DNA of 63,842 bases, filler included, from Sphacelaria rigidula (Eukaryota), in the NCBI GenBank assembly GCA_964200075.2. It is 6 parts of 6 records of this genome, joined end to end, with 100 filler letters (N's around TTAATTAATTAA, not from the genome) between each part and the next. Parts side by side here need not be neighbours in the genome. Positions count along the whole stretch, not along the records: positions 53,287 to 63,842 come from CAXNAA020006282.1; 5 more parts are not named here. The stretch is one strand, 5' to 3'. A program made the position numbers and the translations under genes. Positions 60,249-63,842 of this stretch are shown here, one piece after another. The notes beneath the pieces were generated by a model. That model was not told where the DNA came from, did not search any database, and saw only the letters and a program-made list of their open reading frames with translations. Within the stretch, counting starts at the first letter, position 1. Each line of letters starts with the position of its first letter.

Positions 60249-63200
60249 TCATGGATCGGTACGATCAGTCATAAAGGAGCCAGGGTTTCTGGCGTTGGGG
60301 TTTGAGTGATTATGATTCGGCCCCGTGCGCTGGTATCTATCGGCGGAATTCCGGTGACGGTGAGATAAACTCTCTCTTCGCCGGGAGCTAGAGTTGTCGT
60401 ACTTGTTGGGGCGACTGTCGCGATTTGAGCGAGTGTTGTCGCGGTCGTTGAAAGGGCGGCGAGAATGACGGTTGGGTGTGCGATATTCACACATGCGTTT
60501 CTGCCATCGGCGCCATGCTGGCTCATTGTCCTGCAGCTCAGAGTGCATGAGGTCAAAAGAGTTGATACAAGGGCGAGTACAATCGCGCATACTGTGCCCT
60601 TGGGTGTTACAACTGATGCAACTATTTGCGTGGCAGTTTAAGGCCTCGTGTCTGGCAGCAGACGAGAGGAGGGGGTTCCACAGATCTGGTTCATCTGTAG
60701 TAAACGCAGAGGTAGATACAGTGTGTAAACATCATCTCAAGTCTCGACGGAGTACGGCCATCCGTCAAAACTGGCGCTGAACGGATCTCTCTTGTTTGTA
60801 ACGCTCATGACGGAGCCGGGCACGGAGGCAGGCATCCACGAGGAACGAAGCGAAGTGTGAGGCCGGCTACGGGACCCTGAAGGGGTCGAAGAAGGCGCAG
60901 AAGCAGACTGAGGACGAACTGAAGCATATTTGTTGCCGCCAATGGCTGGCGTCAAATTATTTTCTTGATGAACAAACGCACTCCTCATCGCTTCCACAGA
61001 GGGATAAGGCACTTCGCGATGGGCTAAAGCACCTGGAAACAGTGATGGATGGCATTAGAGTCGGGTACTGCTCGGACACACTATTCCTTACATATGATTG
61101 ACACACTGCGTCCGATGGACCAGTCTGGCGGCCTACTTCCATAGTACTGGAAACTAGAAGCTTGAATTCTCGGAGGTAGTCCGCGAAAGGGACATTTGTT
61201 GCGACACCGAAAGAACTATGTCGTTGTATAGCACTCCCTTGAGTGCTGCGATCGAAGTAGCCGGTCAAGCGGTGCTCGAGATCACGGAGTAAATCCGGGC
61301 CTGACTTCCCCGAGGCACGGTCCGCATCCATAGCGGCCATGAAACCATCAAGGACTTGTGTCAAAGCTGCGGCAGTGTCGGGCGAGCGACGGTTGATGGC
61401 ACGGTGCAGAGCTTTGTGAAGAGGAGTCTGCCAACCATCAACCCAGTTAGAGTTTTCGAAACGTTGAGCGCCCGTAGAGTCTACTAGCTGAAGGATGTTT
61501 CGGAGGGTGTGACGTATAGATGTGATGAGAGCAGAAGTGAATTGTCCCGAGACTTCGTTGTCTGCTGCAGGCATGGATTTTACATGCCAAAGTTTTTTCA
61601 CGTCCATTTGGATGTTTTCTCTCTGGATGGCGGTGGTGCGGGCGGATTCCGCTCGAGCGGCGGTTACTGCTGCACTAGCTGCGGCCTGCGCTCGGTCGGC
61701 GGCAGCGGCAGCAAGAGTGCGAGCCGAAGTGGAAGATAACGGTTTATCCGAGTTGTCGTCCGAAAGGCCTAAAATCTGACGCGGAACATCTGCTAGACGC
61801 GGTGTAGCGCGACGTAGGTCGGTAGAAGCCGACGCGGGCGAGTTCATGGCGGATCGAATCATGGGCTTGGTGGAAGAAGAGCTCGACGAGCCGTTACTCT
61901 GGTGTGTCTTGTTCAAACCGGTGGTGAGACGGGTTACACGGTGTGATTGGGTTCTCCCAGAGGAGGAGCTTGAACCTCCATGGTGGTGGCGAGAATCACC
62001 GCGGCGAAGATGCTCATGGTCGGCAACATCATGTCTGTGGCGTCGGCGGCGAGGAGTCACCGAGATCCAGTCGTCATCAACTTGGGCTGTGACGGATTCG
62101 GAGGCGGCGCGCAATGCGTCGAAGAGCTCGACAATGGACAGTTCGTAAGAGGTGGTGGTTTGTTCGATGTGGCGGACTAATTGGCCAATGGTAATCGAAA
62201 AGAGATCATCGGAAGGGCAGACCCTGTCGTGTTCCAGGTAGGAAGCGACCGCGTTTTGGAGTGGTCGAACGAGCGCTAGCCAAGCGTCGCGAGAGCTTTG
62301 CAAACGATTCGAGGGGGTGTATTTTCCCGCAAGAGTCTGCACAGAAGGCGTGAACCAAGGGATGTCATCGCAGTGGAGGGAGAAGCGGCGCGGTTCAGCA
62401 CTGGTGTTGGGGCGGGCGGTCGAAGTAGGGGGGGGTGGGGATGGCGTGCGGTGGGAGCGAGGAGCGGCTACGGCGTGAGAGGCACGTGACCGCTCCTTCT
62501 CTAGTTCGCGGAGAGGAGCGTGATACCCTTCGGTGGAAAGTATAGACGCCGCTGCATCTGTGATGCGTTGCCGATTGATGAAATCATTCATGGCCGGTGC
62601 GTGGTCAGCATAGTCACGGATGAGTTGCTCTTGGGCAGTGCGATCATCGTCCATGAAAATACGCGGGAGCAGCCCCAAGGGGTAGTGCTCCGGACCCAAC
62701 TGTGGGCGGTCCTGCTGCGACGAAGGTGCAGGGTTGCACGGCGCGACAGTAGATGCAGGGAGGGTTGAAGCGGATGCGAGTGCACAAGGAGCGCGGAAGC
62801 CAGTATGGGTACCACTATCGGCGTCAGTGTCGGCGACGGTGGCAGTCGCGGTGGTGGCGGCAGCGGGAGCTGGTGCCGGGACAGCAGAAACGGCGGCGTT
62901 GGGGGCTGCGGTGGGGGGCGGAGATATGGGGTTGTCCACAAGTGCTTGTACTGTGAGCTGTAAATCGTCAACTTGTCGCCGTAAGGAACGGATGACTGCA
63001 GCGTCAGAGCGGGAAAACCTATCGCGTGTGAGGCGAGCACGGTGACTGCGATGGCGTGAATCGTAAGGCGGTTGGTCGCTGGAATGCGCGATCGACGATT
63101 CCTCTGGTGAAGGAAGATCTGAAAAGATATCCCCCATGGTGTCAGCGTGCGTGCACGGTAACGTTATTACGTGGGGAGCGCCGACGTGAAGCCCTTGAGG

Positions 63201-63769
63201 CAGTGGAAATACGGGATGAACGAGAGGTATGTCTCGAATTGTCGTCACGGGCGTTCATCAGTCGAGTGGGGGTGGTCATGTTGTTTCGCGGGGAAGACGG
63301 CCGTGGCGGTGTGGGTGAAAGCTGAGGTCCAGTGCGCGTGGGCGCGGTGTGTCAGGGCTGGGCACTGGGGGCTGCTTGCGTGTCGGCGAAAGCCGAAGGA
63401 GAGCAGAGCAAGGTATTGCATAGAACTTGCAGTGCTGTGGCTATACTAAGATCTGGCACAGGGGTTGGTTCCAGATTTATGTCAGAAGCGGCCGCTAGGG
63501 CCGAAGACGGGTGTCCTGAGTTGTACAAAGCAGAGGTCAAATTATTTGTCAACAAGTCATGATCAGCCGGGGCAGGGAAAGTAGTCGCGGATGTTGACAA
63601 AGTGTGTACCGGCGAGGAGGCGCGGGTAGTAGTGCCAGCAGTTGGGGGTCCGATCGTGGGTGCCACCTGCACGACGAAACGGTCTCGGACTGAAGCTTGT
63701 ACGACGAGATCCGGGCCGGCAGTAGAGGCAAGGTGTGGAGTTGGGGCCACGGGTAACACCAGCGTGGTT
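60249..63769 (-). pseudogene. Gypsy gag-like region, interrupted
   Basis: 763-aa ORF with a helical FADYLREFKLLVS segment, followed after a frameshift by a CCHC knuckle. The P/T-rich upstream extension has a stop at 63352. Confidence 0.7.
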
Positions 63770-63842
63770 GGGGGGGGCGTACTCATTTGTTGCTTGCCTT
63801 AGTCATTTGACCATTGACCACGCATCCCTTTCGAGATGGAGC
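63770..63842 (-). mobile_element. 3' tail of the non-LTR element seen at 45240-45935
   Basis: The reverse complement TCTCGAAAGGGATGCGTGGTCAATGGTCAAATGA...AGGCAAGCAAC.AATGAGTACGCCCCCCCC matches 45869-45935. Confidence 0.85.

Larger units (their letters stand above)
56450..63769 (-). mobile_element. Ty3/gypsy LTR retrotransposon internal region, degenerate; LTRs not resolved
   Basis: Order on the minus strand: long gag-like ORF (60957-63248), knuckle CISCNTQGHSMRDC (60579-60620), PR LLDSGS (~59100), RT, RNase H. Confidence 0.9.

Noticed and set aside
63352-63786. ATG-initiated 144-aa ORF as the gag start
   Set aside because: The ATG lies inside the non-LTR 3' tail (AATGAGTACGCCCC), so it is not the native start.

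Overview
Eukaryotic, repeat-rich DNA, most likely from a brown alga (Ectocarpus-like). This is inferred from an EsV-1-7 repeat gene, long GT-AG introns and the repeat families present. The window is not one locus. It is six contigs of almost identical length (10559, 10558, 10557, 10556, 10556, 10556 bp) joined by artificial 100-bp N44-TTAATTAATTAA-N44 linkers, so no linkage across gaps can be assumed. Contig 1: tRNA-derived SINEs, MITEs and a probable first exon with a PAM2-like motif. Contig 2: a split minus-strand gene (BTB/BACK-like N-terminus, C2-like C-terminus), nested MITEs, an 837-bp TIR element filled with a 42-43-bp periodic array, and an RTE LINE fragment. Contig 3: a degenerate Ty1/copia element in tandem LTR-int-LTR-int form with a half-tRNA(Met) primer site. 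Contig 4: an intronless CDS with 16 EsV-1-7 Cys/His repeats carrying hypervariable positions. Contig 5: four phase-consistent exons of a minus-strand gene, LINE fragments and a PIF/Harbinger MITE cluster. Contig 6: a degenerate Ty3/gypsy element apparently lacking integrase. No CRISPR array, rRNA or bona fide tRNA was found. The best candidate for a novel system is the EsV-1-7 array as a modular, code-like binding protein, which remains a hypothesis.
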